Origin: Nitrososphaeria archaeon
Lineage (GTDB): Archaea; Thermoproteota; Nitrososphaeria; JACIWG01
Assembly (NCBI GenBank): GCA_026413865.1
Contig: JAOAKB010000002.1
Location: forward strand, 18,206-82,205
Direction of reading: 5' to 3'
Length of the DNA stretch: 64,000 nucleotides
The notes under the pieces were generated by a model. The model did not search any database, was not told where the DNA came from, and was given only the letters and a program-made list of their open reading frames with translations. Below, in pieces: positions 18,828-27,522 of the stretch. A program made the translations under genes and the position numbers. Position 1 is the stretch's first letter; every line of letters starts with the position of its first letter.

Positions 18828-19610
18828 ATGGTAATACATAAGACTAAATCAATAGTTTTAATAGCATTATGTGCAACATTATATGCAGCACTTATTGCAC
18901 TTACTGCAACGATTCCAACACCTTGGGGTGTTGGCCATTTTAGACCAGCAGTAATTATTCCAGCACTTTTCGCATTAATTGCAAACCCTTGGATAGCAGA
19001 CTGGGGAGTCGCATCGGGTAAAAAGAGAGGAAGCTTCATACTACCAACAGGTCTAGGCCCGATCGGCAGCCTTGTTTCAGGTGTACCAGGAAACTTTTTC
19101 GGTTTCCTATTATATGGTTTTATCGTACATAAGCATAGGTCGTGGACAAAATTTGTTATTGGAACAGTAGTTGGAACTTTGGTAGGCAATTTTATTGCCG
19201 CATCAGGAGTAGCATTTTGGTTAACAGTTATTGTCCCAAAATGGATTGAAATATCAAATGAAGCATTACTTTTGACAATATTTGGTCTTACTATATTTTG
19301 GGAAGTGACCATGGTACCATTTATTTTGATTATTGTACCACCAATGTTAGTTGCATTAAAAGGGCTTGAAAACAGGACCATATTTGATTTAAACTTAAAG
19401 CCTCTTGTTCGCACAAAAAGTGATAAAATAGCCGTATTTTCTATAACTAGTTTATTTTGCACACTCTATCTATTATTAACTTTCTCACCTTTAAGTGCAA
19501 TAATGTTTTCACAAGTTCAACCATTATATGCTGAAATAACAAGAATATTTACTTTAATGTGCGGAATATCTATAATAGTAATTTATTTAATTAGTGCCCA
19601 AAGAATTTAA
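18828..19610 (+). CDS. ECF transporter S-component-like membrane protein
   Basis: IALCATLYA, FRPAVIIPA and multiple TM helices. Start taken at ATG 18828. Confidence 0.65.
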   Translation: MVIHKTKSIVLIALCATLYAALIALTATIPTPWGVGHFRPAVIIPALFALIANPWIADWGVASGKKRGSFILPTGLGPIGSLVSGVPGNFFGFLLYGFIVHKHRSWTKFVIGTVVGTLVGNFIAASGVAFWLTVIVPKWIEISNEALLLTIFGLTIFWEVTMVPFILIIVPPMLVALKGLENRTIFDLNLKPLVRTKSDKIAVFSITSLFCTLYLLLTFSPLSAIMFSQVQPLYAEITRIFTLMCGISIIVIYLISAQRI

Positions 19611-19659
19611 TATTATTAAAGCACTTGCAAAATTTTGGCTAAATAAATCAAAGCAGAAT

Positions 19660-20265
19660 CTATTTAGGTTTTTGATTAAAATATTTGAGAAAAATGTACA
19701 TTACAATCAAGATTATGCCTAATATTATCGTAAACAATTCAAATTGCGAGAAAAAGTACTCAAGTATTTGATTTCCATAAAGCATTATTAGATATGATTC
19801 AGGTAAGAATCGGGCGGCTCTACCAATCATTGAGGCAACAATATAGCCAAGAAAGTTTTTAAGCCTAAAAAGGCCGGCAGTGATAGTAAAAACCTTAAAT
19901 GGTATTGGTGTAAAAGCTGCAATTCCTACAGCCAATACACCATATTTTTCATAAAAATATTCAACTTTCTTAAGTTTAGATTCGCTGACAAATCGTTTTA
20001 AAATTGGTCTACCTCCCTTAAGGCCAATATAATATCCTACTACAGCCCCGGCTACAGATGAAATAGTTGCCACTAGGCCATAAAAAAGACCGTTAGCGGG
20101 ATCTAGTAATACAAGAGGAATTAACATTGCGTCAGGTGGGATAGGAAAGAAGATCGCCTCTATAAAAGAGAGTATAAACAGGCCAGCTGGACCCCAAGGT
20201 AATAAGTATGCATTCACGTAATCTAAAAATCCGTCTAACAATGCATTCATGCTTATCAAGAGCAT
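19660..20265 (-). CDS. DedA/VTT (YqaA-like) membrane protein
   Basis: SFIEAIFFPIPPD, FTPIPFKVF, GRAARF. Confidence 0.9.
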   Translation of the reverse strand: MLLISMNALLDGFLDYVNAYLLPWGPAGLFILSFIEAIFFPIPPDAMLIPLVLLDPANGLFYGLVATISSVAGAVVGYYIGLKGGRPILKRFVSESKLKKVEYFYEKYGVLAVGIAAFTPIPFKVFTITAGLFRLKNFLGYIVASMIGRAARFLPESYLIMLYGNQILEYFFSQFELFTIILGIILIVMYIFLKYFNQKPK

Positions 20266-20358
20266 GAATAGGTTAAATATATATCATTTTTGAATTAAGC
20301 ATTTATATTTGTAATTTGAGCTCTTTTGATTCCATAAAATCTCTGATATTTTTAAAAG

Positions 20359-20390
20359 TTTAAATACCGTTATGTTTTTTTACCATAACG
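20359..20390 (+). promoter_or_regulatory. TATA box plus ModE-type palindromic operator CGTTATG-N9-CATAACG
   Basis: TTTAAATA at 20359-20366. Arms at 20368-20374 and 20384-20390, abutting the tupA TTG. Confidence 0.75.
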
Positions 20391-21329
20391 TTGAGTATGT
20401 TAACTGGTAAAAAAGTTTTTACAGTAATGATATTCATTATAACAATATTAAGTCTAATAACAATAAATTTTCCAAAATTTTATGCTCAAAAGACAACCCT
20501 AAGAATAGCTACTACAACAAGTTTGGATGCTTCAGGACTACTAGATAAGATAAAGATAGAATTTAAAAAAAGTAACCCTAACATAGATGTCACTTGGATT
20601 GCAGTTGGAACAGGTCAAGCAATAGAGGTTGGAAAAAGAGGTGACGTAGACATCATCCTTGTTCATAATCGTCAACTTGAAGAGAAGTTCATCTTGGACG
20701 GGTATGGAGTACATGGCATTACATTTGCATGGAATGATTTCATATTAGTAGGGCCAAAAGATGATCCTGCAAGAGTAAATACTTCAAAAAATGTTATTGA
20801 AGCATTTAAAAAAATTTATGAGGCAGGAGAAAATGGAAATGCCCTATTTATTTCACGTGGAGACATGTCTGGTACATATTTGAAGGAAATGGAAATATGG
20901 AATTATACTGGTTTAAAGGTTGACAAAAAGAAATGGTATATTGAAATTGGGCAAGGTATGGAGCAGGCTTTAATAATAGCAAACGAGAAACAAGCATATA
21001 CTTTATCTGATAGGTCAACTTTCCTAACAATAAAAGACACAGTAGGTTTTTCGTTAACAATACTTTTTGAAAGAGACCCTAGGCTTTTGAACCTTTACAG
21101 GGCTATAATCGTTAACCCAAAAAAGCAGCCTAGCATAAATTATGAATGTGCACAAAAATTTGTAAGTTTTCTAGTTTCGTCAGAGGGACAAAATATTATA
21201 GCCAATTATACAAAAAATGGTCAAAAACTCTTTCATCCAGCTTTTGGAAGATTAAGTGAGCTTGGAATAAACGATTCCTATGAAGAAGAGGAGGTTAATT
21301 ATTGGAAAAAGATAATAGAAGGTGGATAA
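20391..21329 (+). CDS. tupA: Tungstate ABC transporter substrate-binding protein
   Basis: ATTTSLDASGL (TTTS signature), GTGQA, SRGD.SGT, YTLSDRSTF. Confidence 0.93.
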   Translation: MSMLTGKKVFTVMIFIITILSLITINFPKFYAQKTTLRIATTTSLDASGLLDKIKIEFKKSNPNIDVTWIAVGTGQAIEVGKRGDVDIILVHNRQLEEKFILDGYGVHGITFAWNDFILVGPKDDPARVNTSKNVIEAFKKIYEAGENGNALFISRGDMSGTYLKEMEIWNYTGLKVDKKKWYIEIGQGMEQALIIANEKQAYTLSDRSTFLTIKDTVGFSLTILFERDPRLLNLYRAIIVNPKKQPSINYECAQKFVSFLVSSEGQNIIANYTKNGQKLFHPAFGRLSELGINDSYEEEEVNYWKKIIEGG

Positions 21330-22038
21330 GTTGGAGGTTTTTCCACACCTAATTTTTAACGATGAAATAATCCATATAACTCTTTTGTCGTTTCAAATAT
21401 CGTGTACTGCTGTTGCATTAGCAACTTTAATATCCTTACCCTTAGGAATTATTCTTGGATTGAAAGAGTTTAGGGGAAAACAGCTTGTGCTATCTATTGT
21501 TAACACTTTAATGGGATTACCTCCTGTTGTAGTAGGATTGATACTTTATCTTTTATTGTCCACTTCAGGACCATTTGGGCCACTAAACCTCTTATATACA
21601 CCTTCTGCAATGATTTTGGCACAACTTATTATGGCTGTACCTATTGTAATAGGACTTTCTTATTCTACCATAGCCGCTGTTCCAGAAAAGGTTATAGAGC
21701 AAACACTTTCATTAGGTGCGACAAGATACCAACTATTCTTTATACTTCTAAAGGAAGCTAGAGTTGGAATTTTAGCTAGTATAGTAGCCGCATTTGGTGG
21801 TGCAATTTCTGAGGTTGGAGCTATAATGATCGTCGGAGGAAATATAAGATATTTTACTAGAACACTTACGACTGCAATATTGTTGTATACGAGCATGGGA
21901 GAATTTGATATTGCATTAACTTTGGGCATCATACTTTTGGTAACCGCATTTTTCATAAACATTTTCTTAACATATTTGCAATCAAAGCAGAATACAACAT
22001 TTAGAAAAAAGCTTAGAAGATTAAAATTTGGTGATTAA
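21322..22038 (+). CDS. tupB: Tungstate ABC transporter permease
   Basis: GLPPVVVGL, AISEVGA.MIVGGNI, TRTLTTAI. Confidence 0.92.
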   Translation: MDKLEVFPHLIFNDEIIHITLLSFQISCTAVALATLISLPLGIILGLKEFRGKQLVLSIVNTLMGLPPVVVGLILYLLLSTSGPFGPLNLLYTPSAMILAQLIMAVPIVIGLSYSTIAAVPEKVIEQTLSLGATRYQLFFILLKEARVGILASIVAAFGGAISEVGAIMIVGGNIRYFTRTLTTAILLYTSMGEFDIALTLGIILLVTAFFINIFLTYLQSKQNTTFRKKLRRLKFGD

Positions 22039-22768
22039 GATGCTTCGAGTGGAGGATTTGTGGAAAAGTTACGAGGGAAGAAAAGTGTTACAAGGTGTTT
22101 TCTTTGAGGCTGAAAAGGGAAAGATATTATGTATTATAGGTCCAAATGGGTCAGGAAAGACAACATTGCTTAGAATATTAAACCTCCTTGAAACACCGGA
22201 TAGAGGAAAAGTTTTCTTTGACCAAATATGCCTAACAGGATTGGTTGGTGAAGAAAAACGATTTCATATTAAAAAAATGGCGATGGTTTTCCAACAGCCA
22301 GTACTATATAATTCAAGTGTCTTCGATAATGTGTCAATTGGTTTAAGAATAAGAGGGTTTGGAAAAAATGAGATTATTGAGCGAGTAAATGATATTCTAA
22401 AAACTATTGGCCTACTCGAGTACCGTGATGTGCATGCATACACTTTATCTGGTGGAGAAGCACAGAGAGTATGTCTTGCAAGAGCACTAATATTAAAACC
22501 TGAAATACTTTTATTGGATGAGCCTACATCAAATCTTGACCCATTCAACACACAAATAATAGAAAATATAATAAAAGAATATTGTATAAAGGAAAAGCCA
22601 ATTGTGATATTAACAACACACAACATGTTTGAGGCAAAAAAGTTAGCTGACAAAGTAGCATTACTTTACAATGGAAAAATAGTTGAGGAAGGAGATGTTA
22701 AAAGTTTCTTTGAACATCCAAAAAATGATATAACATCAAAGTTTGTTAATGGTGAAATAATATTTTGA
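22028..22768 (+). CDS. tupC: Tungstate ABC transporter ATPase
   Basis: GPNGSGKT, LSGGEAQR, LLLDEPT, and operon position. Confidence 0.88.
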   Translation: MVIKMLRVEDLWKSYEGRKVLQGVFFEAEKGKILCIIGPNGSGKTTLLRILNLLETPDRGKVFFDQICLTGLVGEEKRFHIKKMAMVFQQPVLYNSSVFDNVSIGLRIRGFGKNEIIERVNDILKTIGLLEYRDVHAYTLSGGEAQRVCLARALILKPEILLLDEPTSNLDPFNTQIIENIIKEYCIKEKPIVILTTHNMFEAKKLADKVALLYNGKIVEEGDVKSFFEHPKNDITSKFVNGEIIF

Positions 22769-23859
22769 ACAGCTTAAAGGAAAAGATAGGTTTTATAAAA
22801 ATGTTGAATGTTAAGACCAGCTTCTCAATAAAATTAGAAAACAGGCTAGAGGGAATTGATGAAAAGAGTGCAAAACTATTACATGGAATTAGAAAATTTG
22901 GTTCTATAATGATGGCGGCAAAATATGTTGGAGAAGACTATAAACTTGCTTGGACAAGAATAAATGAGCTTGAAAAAGAGTTTGGCTGTAAACTTGTAGA
23001 ACGCAGCTTTGGTGGATTAGGTGGAGGTAGTGCAAAATTAACGATTGAAGGGGAAACATTACTTCAAAAATATCTGTTAGTGGAAAAAAAGTTTAAAATG
23101 ATCAACAAAAAAGAACTTCTTAAAGCAGACCTTTCAATTTTTGGAAGTCACTGTCCTACACTAGAAATTTTAATCGAAACACTTGAAAAAAAATATAGAG
23201 GTTTTTTTGTAGAATATGTTAATGTAGGCTCCTACGAAGGATTAACCCTTGTCCTTAAAGGCTTTTCAGACATTTCAGGAATACACTTGTTTGATGAAAA
23301 AACTGGAGAATATAATACATATCTGTTAAAGAATAAAGTTTTTGGTGAAAAGATTTCGATAATCAGAGGCTATAGGAGGACCCAAGGTATTGTTACAAAA
23401 AAGGGGAATCCTAAAAAAATATTTTCTATAAAAGACCTTTTAAGAAAGGATGTGACATTTATAAATAGGAATAAAGGTTCTGGAACAAGGTTTTTAATAG
23501 ATAGACTAATAATGAATTTTGCATCAAACGAGAAAATGCAATTTGATGACGTGATCAAGCAAATTAGAGGTTACAATAATGAGGTAAGATCACATTTAGA
23601 GGTTGCTGTTGCTGTAAAGGAGGGGAAAGTGGACTGTGGCTTTGCAATAAAAGCTGTGGCAAAACTTCTAAACCTAAACTTTATACCTTTTACAGAAGAA
23701 GTCTTTGACTTTGTAATTTTAAAAAAGAATATTGGAAAAGACAATATACAAAAATTTATTTTAACACTCTCATCAAAAGACTTTCAGGAAAAAGTTTTGG
23801 AAAAAGATTTTGGTATAAGATTTTTTGAGAATACAGGAGAATTAGTAAAAGAACAGTAA
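22765..23859 (+). CDS. ModE-like wHTH regulator fused to a PBP-like effector domain
   Basis: GSIMMAAK...YKLAW...GGLGGGSAKLT, then GSHC, VGS..GL, INRNKGSGTR. Confidence 0.85.
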   Translation: MNSLKEKIGFIKMLNVKTSFSIKLENRLEGIDEKSAKLLHGIRKFGSIMMAAKYVGEDYKLAWTRINELEKEFGCKLVERSFGGLGGGSAKLTIEGETLLQKYLLVEKKFKMINKKELLKADLSIFGSHCPTLEILIETLEKKYRGFFVEYVNVGSYEGLTLVLKGFSDISGIHLFDEKTGEYNTYLLKNKVFGEKISIIRGYRRTQGIVTKKGNPKKIFSIKDLLRKDVTFINRNKGSGTRFLIDRLIMNFASNEKMQFDDVIKQIRGYNNEVRSHLEVAVAVKEGKVDCGFAIKAVAKLLNLNFIPFTEEVFDFVILKKNIGKDNIQKFILTLSSKDFQEKVLEKDFGIRFFENTGELVKEQ

Positions 23860-23917
23860 TGGCATATACGTGGAAAAGGAAAAAGTTTTAAGGAAATTAA
23901 TTTAGCATAGGAAAACA

Positions 23918-24964
23918 ATGTCCCTACTTCCAAATGACCTATTAGACTTACTACTGCTTGAAAAAATCTGTTCTGGAGAAGGAATAGAAATTAATATAGC
24001 ATCACTTTCTAGGTTGCTTAAAAAGCATAGAAAGACTATAAAAGAAAGAGTCGATATGCTTCTATCAAATAGGATTATAGATCGTCCAGTAGCACCTTTC
24101 AAAGCCTTATTTAAGGAGTTACCTCTTTTAGTAGTATCCTATGCTGACCTCCCCTATGATTCTAGAATTATAGAATGGCTAAAGGAGGATAAAAACATCT
24201 TTGCAGCATATAGAATTAGGGAGGGAGAAAGTAATATGCTAATATTTGAGTTTCATAAAAGCATTTGGGACTATCATGTTTGGAGGGAAAATATTGTTGC
24301 TGACGGAAAGATTCCAGAAAGAGGAAAAAGAGCGCCATCAAATAACTTTTACTTTTCAAATCAAGGAATTTTTAAGTACGAGCCAAGTGTAGGATTTAAT
24401 TTAATTAAAGAAGAGTACGAGAAAAAAGGATATGTTGAAATTAATGGATGTAGACTAGACAATATTTCTCTTAGAATTTTAGAATGTCTGTTGAAAGGCG
24501 AGGGCATAGTAGTAAACGAGAATGAACTAGCGAGAAAACTTAATGTATCAAGAAGAACAGTCCTTAAAAAAATACAAAGGCTAAAAGAAACCGGAATAAT
24601 TTTGAAACCATTATGTAGGTTTCCAAATTTTTTTGTACCACCAAATTATTTACTATTTTTATCCCTAGTTGAAGTAAGGTCAAACAAGGATAGGATAGTA
24701 GAAGATATTCTAAAAGATGATCACATAAGCTTAGCATATCATATTAGCAATGGCCGATATAATTTGCTACTATTCCAAAACCATAAAGATATTGAAGATT
24801 ATTTAACATGGGAAGACATGTACACGGAAAAGTATCCTGAAAGCCTGGGGTCAATAAAAATTACCTTACTTTCACCAAAGATGACAATCTTGATAGACCA
24901 GCAGAAGGTTTCATTAGGAATAATTCGCTCAAAAATAGAAGAAATAAAGACTAAAATGACTTAG
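23918..24964 (+). CDS. Tandem Lrp/AsnC-type transcriptional regulator
   Basis: Two HTH + ligand-binding halves (NIASLSRLLKKHRKTI; NENELARKLNVSRRTV). Confidence 0.7.
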   Translation: MSLLPNDLLDLLLLEKICSGEGIEINIASLSRLLKKHRKTIKERVDMLLSNRIIDRPVAPFKALFKELPLLVVSYADLPYDSRIIEWLKEDKNIFAAYRIREGESNMLIFEFHKSIWDYHVWRENIVADGKIPERGKRAPSNNFYFSNQGIFKYEPSVGFNLIKEEYEKKGYVEINGCRLDNISLRILECLLKGEGIVVNENELARKLNVSRRTVLKKIQRLKETGIILKPLCRFPNFFVPPNYLLFLSLVEVRSNKDRIVEDILKDDHISLAYHISNGRYNLLLFQNHKDIEDYLTWEDMYTEKYPESLGSIKITLLSPKMTILIDQQKVSLGIIRSKIEEIKTKMT

Positions 24965-25082
24965 GAACTATTAAAATTCTATATTTTCAAAGTGTACCTA
25001 CTATTTTTCTATAGCATTATTTAACATAATTAATGTTATAAAATGACACCATAGTATAAAAGTAGGTTACATCCAATTATAT

Positions 25083-25122
25083 AAAACTTAATAAAAAATG
25101 TAATAATTTTTTATTAAGTTTT
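25083..25122. repeat. Perfect 17-bp inverted repeat with a 6-nt spacer
   Basis: aaaacttaataaaaaat-gtaata-attttttattaagtttt. Confidence 0.85.
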
Positions 25123-25207
25123 TTATTTTATAAAATTTAGTGGCTTTTTATAAAAAATATGTTAAAAAAGTTTATAAGGTAAGGAAATGATGCGAATAGC
25201 TTAGGCC

Positions 25208-26227
25208 ATGGAATTAAAAATAAACATAGAAAAGACAAGCCAATATACAGGTAAAAAAGTGGCAATAATAGGAGGGGGGCCTGCAGGTCTTTCTGCAGCA
25301 AAAGAATTAATCCAATTAGGACATGAGGTTCATGTTTATGAGAAAATGTGTGAACCCGGAGGCCTCTTAATATTTGGTATTCCATCATATAGGATAAATA
25401 AAGAAAAGGTCAGAGAGAATATAAGGAAGCTTGCGGAGTCAGGTGCAACTTTTTATACTAACACAGAAGTAGGAAGAGATATCCTTCTTTCTGATATTAT
25501 CAAAAAATATGATGCGGTACTGATAGCAACAGGAGCATGGACATATAAAAGGATGGGAGTTCCTGGAGAAAATTTAAAAGGAATATATTATGCTTTAGAT
25601 TATATTATAAATTATAATTTTTGTAAATTAGGTTATCTAAAAAATGAAAATTTGCCTAAGCTTAGTGGCCATGTTGCAGTTATAGGAGGAGGGTTGACGG
25701 CTGTAGACGCATGCCATATTGCACTACAAAATAATGTTGAGAGAGTTTATTTAATTTACCGTAGAGGAAAATGGCAAGCTCCAGCTGGAAAAAAGATTAT
25801 TGAAAATTTAGAGATCTCAGGTGTTCATGTTATGGACTTCACTCAACCTATAGAGTTTATTGGTGAGGATGGAGTTGTTAAGGCAATAAAGGTGGTGAAA
25901 ACTGTAATAGAAAAAGATAATGGTAAATTTGAATTAAAAATTGTTCCAGACTCCCAACATCTTATTCAAGTAGATAATGTACTTATAGCGGTTGGACTTG
26001 CACCATCAATTCCAAATGATGGTGGAAAACTTAATATAAAAGTTGAAAAAGAGTTCAGAACTAATAATGAAAAAGTTTTCATAGCAGGAGACGCGTTACT
26101 TGGCCCATCCTATATAGGATTTGCAATTCAAAGTGGAATAAGGGTGTCAAAAGAAATACATGCTTACCTAACACAAATTCAAAAGGAAGTAGAACAAAAA
26201 ATAGATAGAAAAATTAGCACAATTTAG
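25208..26227 (+). CDS. FAD/NADPH oxidoreductase, GltD-like without the N-terminal Fe-S domain
   Basis: GGGPAG, GGLL.FGIP.YR, GGGLTAVD, YRR, FIAGD. Confidence 0.85.
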   Translation: MELKINIEKTSQYTGKKVAIIGGGPAGLSAAKELIQLGHEVHVYEKMCEPGGLLIFGIPSYRINKEKVRENIRKLAESGATFYTNTEVGRDILLSDIIKKYDAVLIATGAWTYKRMGVPGENLKGIYYALDYIINYNFCKLGYLKNENLPKLSGHVAVIGGGLTAVDACHIALQNNVERVYLIYRRGKWQAPAGKKIIENLEISGVHVMDFTQPIEFIGEDGVVKAIKVVKTVIEKDNGKFELKIVPDSQHLIQVDNVLIAVGLAPSIPNDGGKLNIKVEKEFRTNNEKVFIAGDALLGPSYIGFAIQSGIRVSKEIHAYLTQIQKEVEQKIDRKISTI

Positions 26228-26271
26228 AAAAATAATAGATATTTTGACAATAGACAAACTTTTTATCTCTT

Positions 26272-26565
26272 TTATCCAAATATTCCGCCAAAGCCTTCAA
26301 GAGAACGTTCACTTTCTTCATAAAGTTTTTTAAGCACCATTTCCCTTTCTTCACCAGTTACTTCAACACCCAAATCTTTTGAAAGCTCTAAAGCTCTTTT
26401 ACACTCTTCTTCATCACCTAACACCCTTATATAAAATCCACCTTCTTTACCAAATGATTGTGCTTCATGGGTTAGTAAATTAGCTCTGGAAACTATGTTA
26501 TCTCCAAAAAGTTTTTGCTTTAATTTTTCAAAGTTTTTTTGTTCCACATACAATACTATTTCCAT
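26272..26565 (-). CDS. Hypothetical protein
   Basis: 97-aa ORF with an upstream GAGG motif; ends GFGGIFG. Confidence 0.7.
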   Translation of the reverse strand: MEIVLYVEQKNFEKLKQKLFGDNIVSRANLLTHEAQSFGKEGGFYIRVLGDEEECKRALELSKDLGVEVTGEEREMVLKKLYEESERSLEGFGGIFG

Positions 26566-26662
26566 TTTTCCTCATGAAGGAGTCTTAAACCACTTTATTT
26601 AAACATTATTTATTTTTAGAAAAGAGAAAGAAATATCTTTTTATATAAGAGTTAGGAAATGA

Positions 26663-27049
26663 TTGTTGACGAATGATATGATTAGTTGGAGTAAAGCATT
26701 TTATAAGGGATTTATTATATTATTATGGAGTATTCTTTGGGCGATAGTAGGTTTCCTACTATTCTCATTCGCCATTTCCTCAATTTTAGCAAGCTTTATC
26801 ACAGTAGTTGAAGACCCTACCCAGATAATTAATAACCCACAAATTCTCCAGGAAATTGTTACAAATTATATGTGGCCAATAATGTTATCATTTATTGTGA
26901 TTTCAATTTTTGTTGGAGTTGCAGTATATGCTACCATGATTAAGGTTATAGGAAACACAATATTAGAGGAAATTAAGAAAATGCCGTCAGCCCAAACTTT
27001 ACCAGTACCCCCTCCACCACCTCCTCCTACAGAGCCAGAAAAGTATTAG
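26663..27049 (+). CDS. Two-TM membrane protein with a polyproline tail
   Basis: Two hydrophobic helices and C-terminal PVPPPPPPPTEP. Confidence 0.7.
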   Translation: MLTNDMISWSKAFYKGFIILLWSILWAIVGFLLFSFAISSILASFITVVEDPTQIINNPQILQEIVTNYMWPIMLSFIVISIFVGVAVYATMIKVIGNTILEEIKKMPSAQTLPVPPPPPPPTEPEKY

Positions 27050-27087
27050 AAAAAATATTTTTATACAGTGTTAATTTTTTCTTTAAT

Positions 27088-27447
27088 GTGCCGAAGCAGC
27101 CTCATAGAATGGTCTTGGGTGTTCTAGATGAAAACTCTTATACTATAATGAATGCTTTAAACATGTCAGATGGCAAACCTAAATCTTTTCTCCAACTTCT
27201 TACAATAACAGGTCTTCCAAAATCCTCACTTTATGTTACGTTAATGAAAATGCTTGAAAATGGTTTAGTTGAAAGAATAGAATTTAATTATAGACTTTCT
27301 AATAATGGCCAAATAATATATAACACATTTAAGCAAATATTAGAAAAAAGAACATTAAAAACTGATGTTACAAAACTTGAAAAAGAAGAAAAAAGAGGTG
27401 CATTTCAGAAGTTAATTGAAGGTTTTAGAAAAATTTTTGGAAAATAG
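27088..27447 (+). CDS. Winged-helix DNA-binding protein
   Basis: SFLQLLTITGLPKSSLY...LENGLVER..YRLS. Confidence 0.75.
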   Translation: MPKQPHRMVLGVLDENSYTIMNALNMSDGKPKSFLQLLTITGLPKSSLYVTLMKMLENGLVERIEFNYRLSNNGQIIYNTFKQILEKRTLKTDVTKLEKEEKRGAFQKLIEGFRKIFGK

Positions 27448-27522
27448 TGTGTTGGCATAAAAACAAAAATATTTGTGAAAAGTTTATATTTTCTTAACTT
27501 TTTGGTTTAGGGAGTTTAAAAA

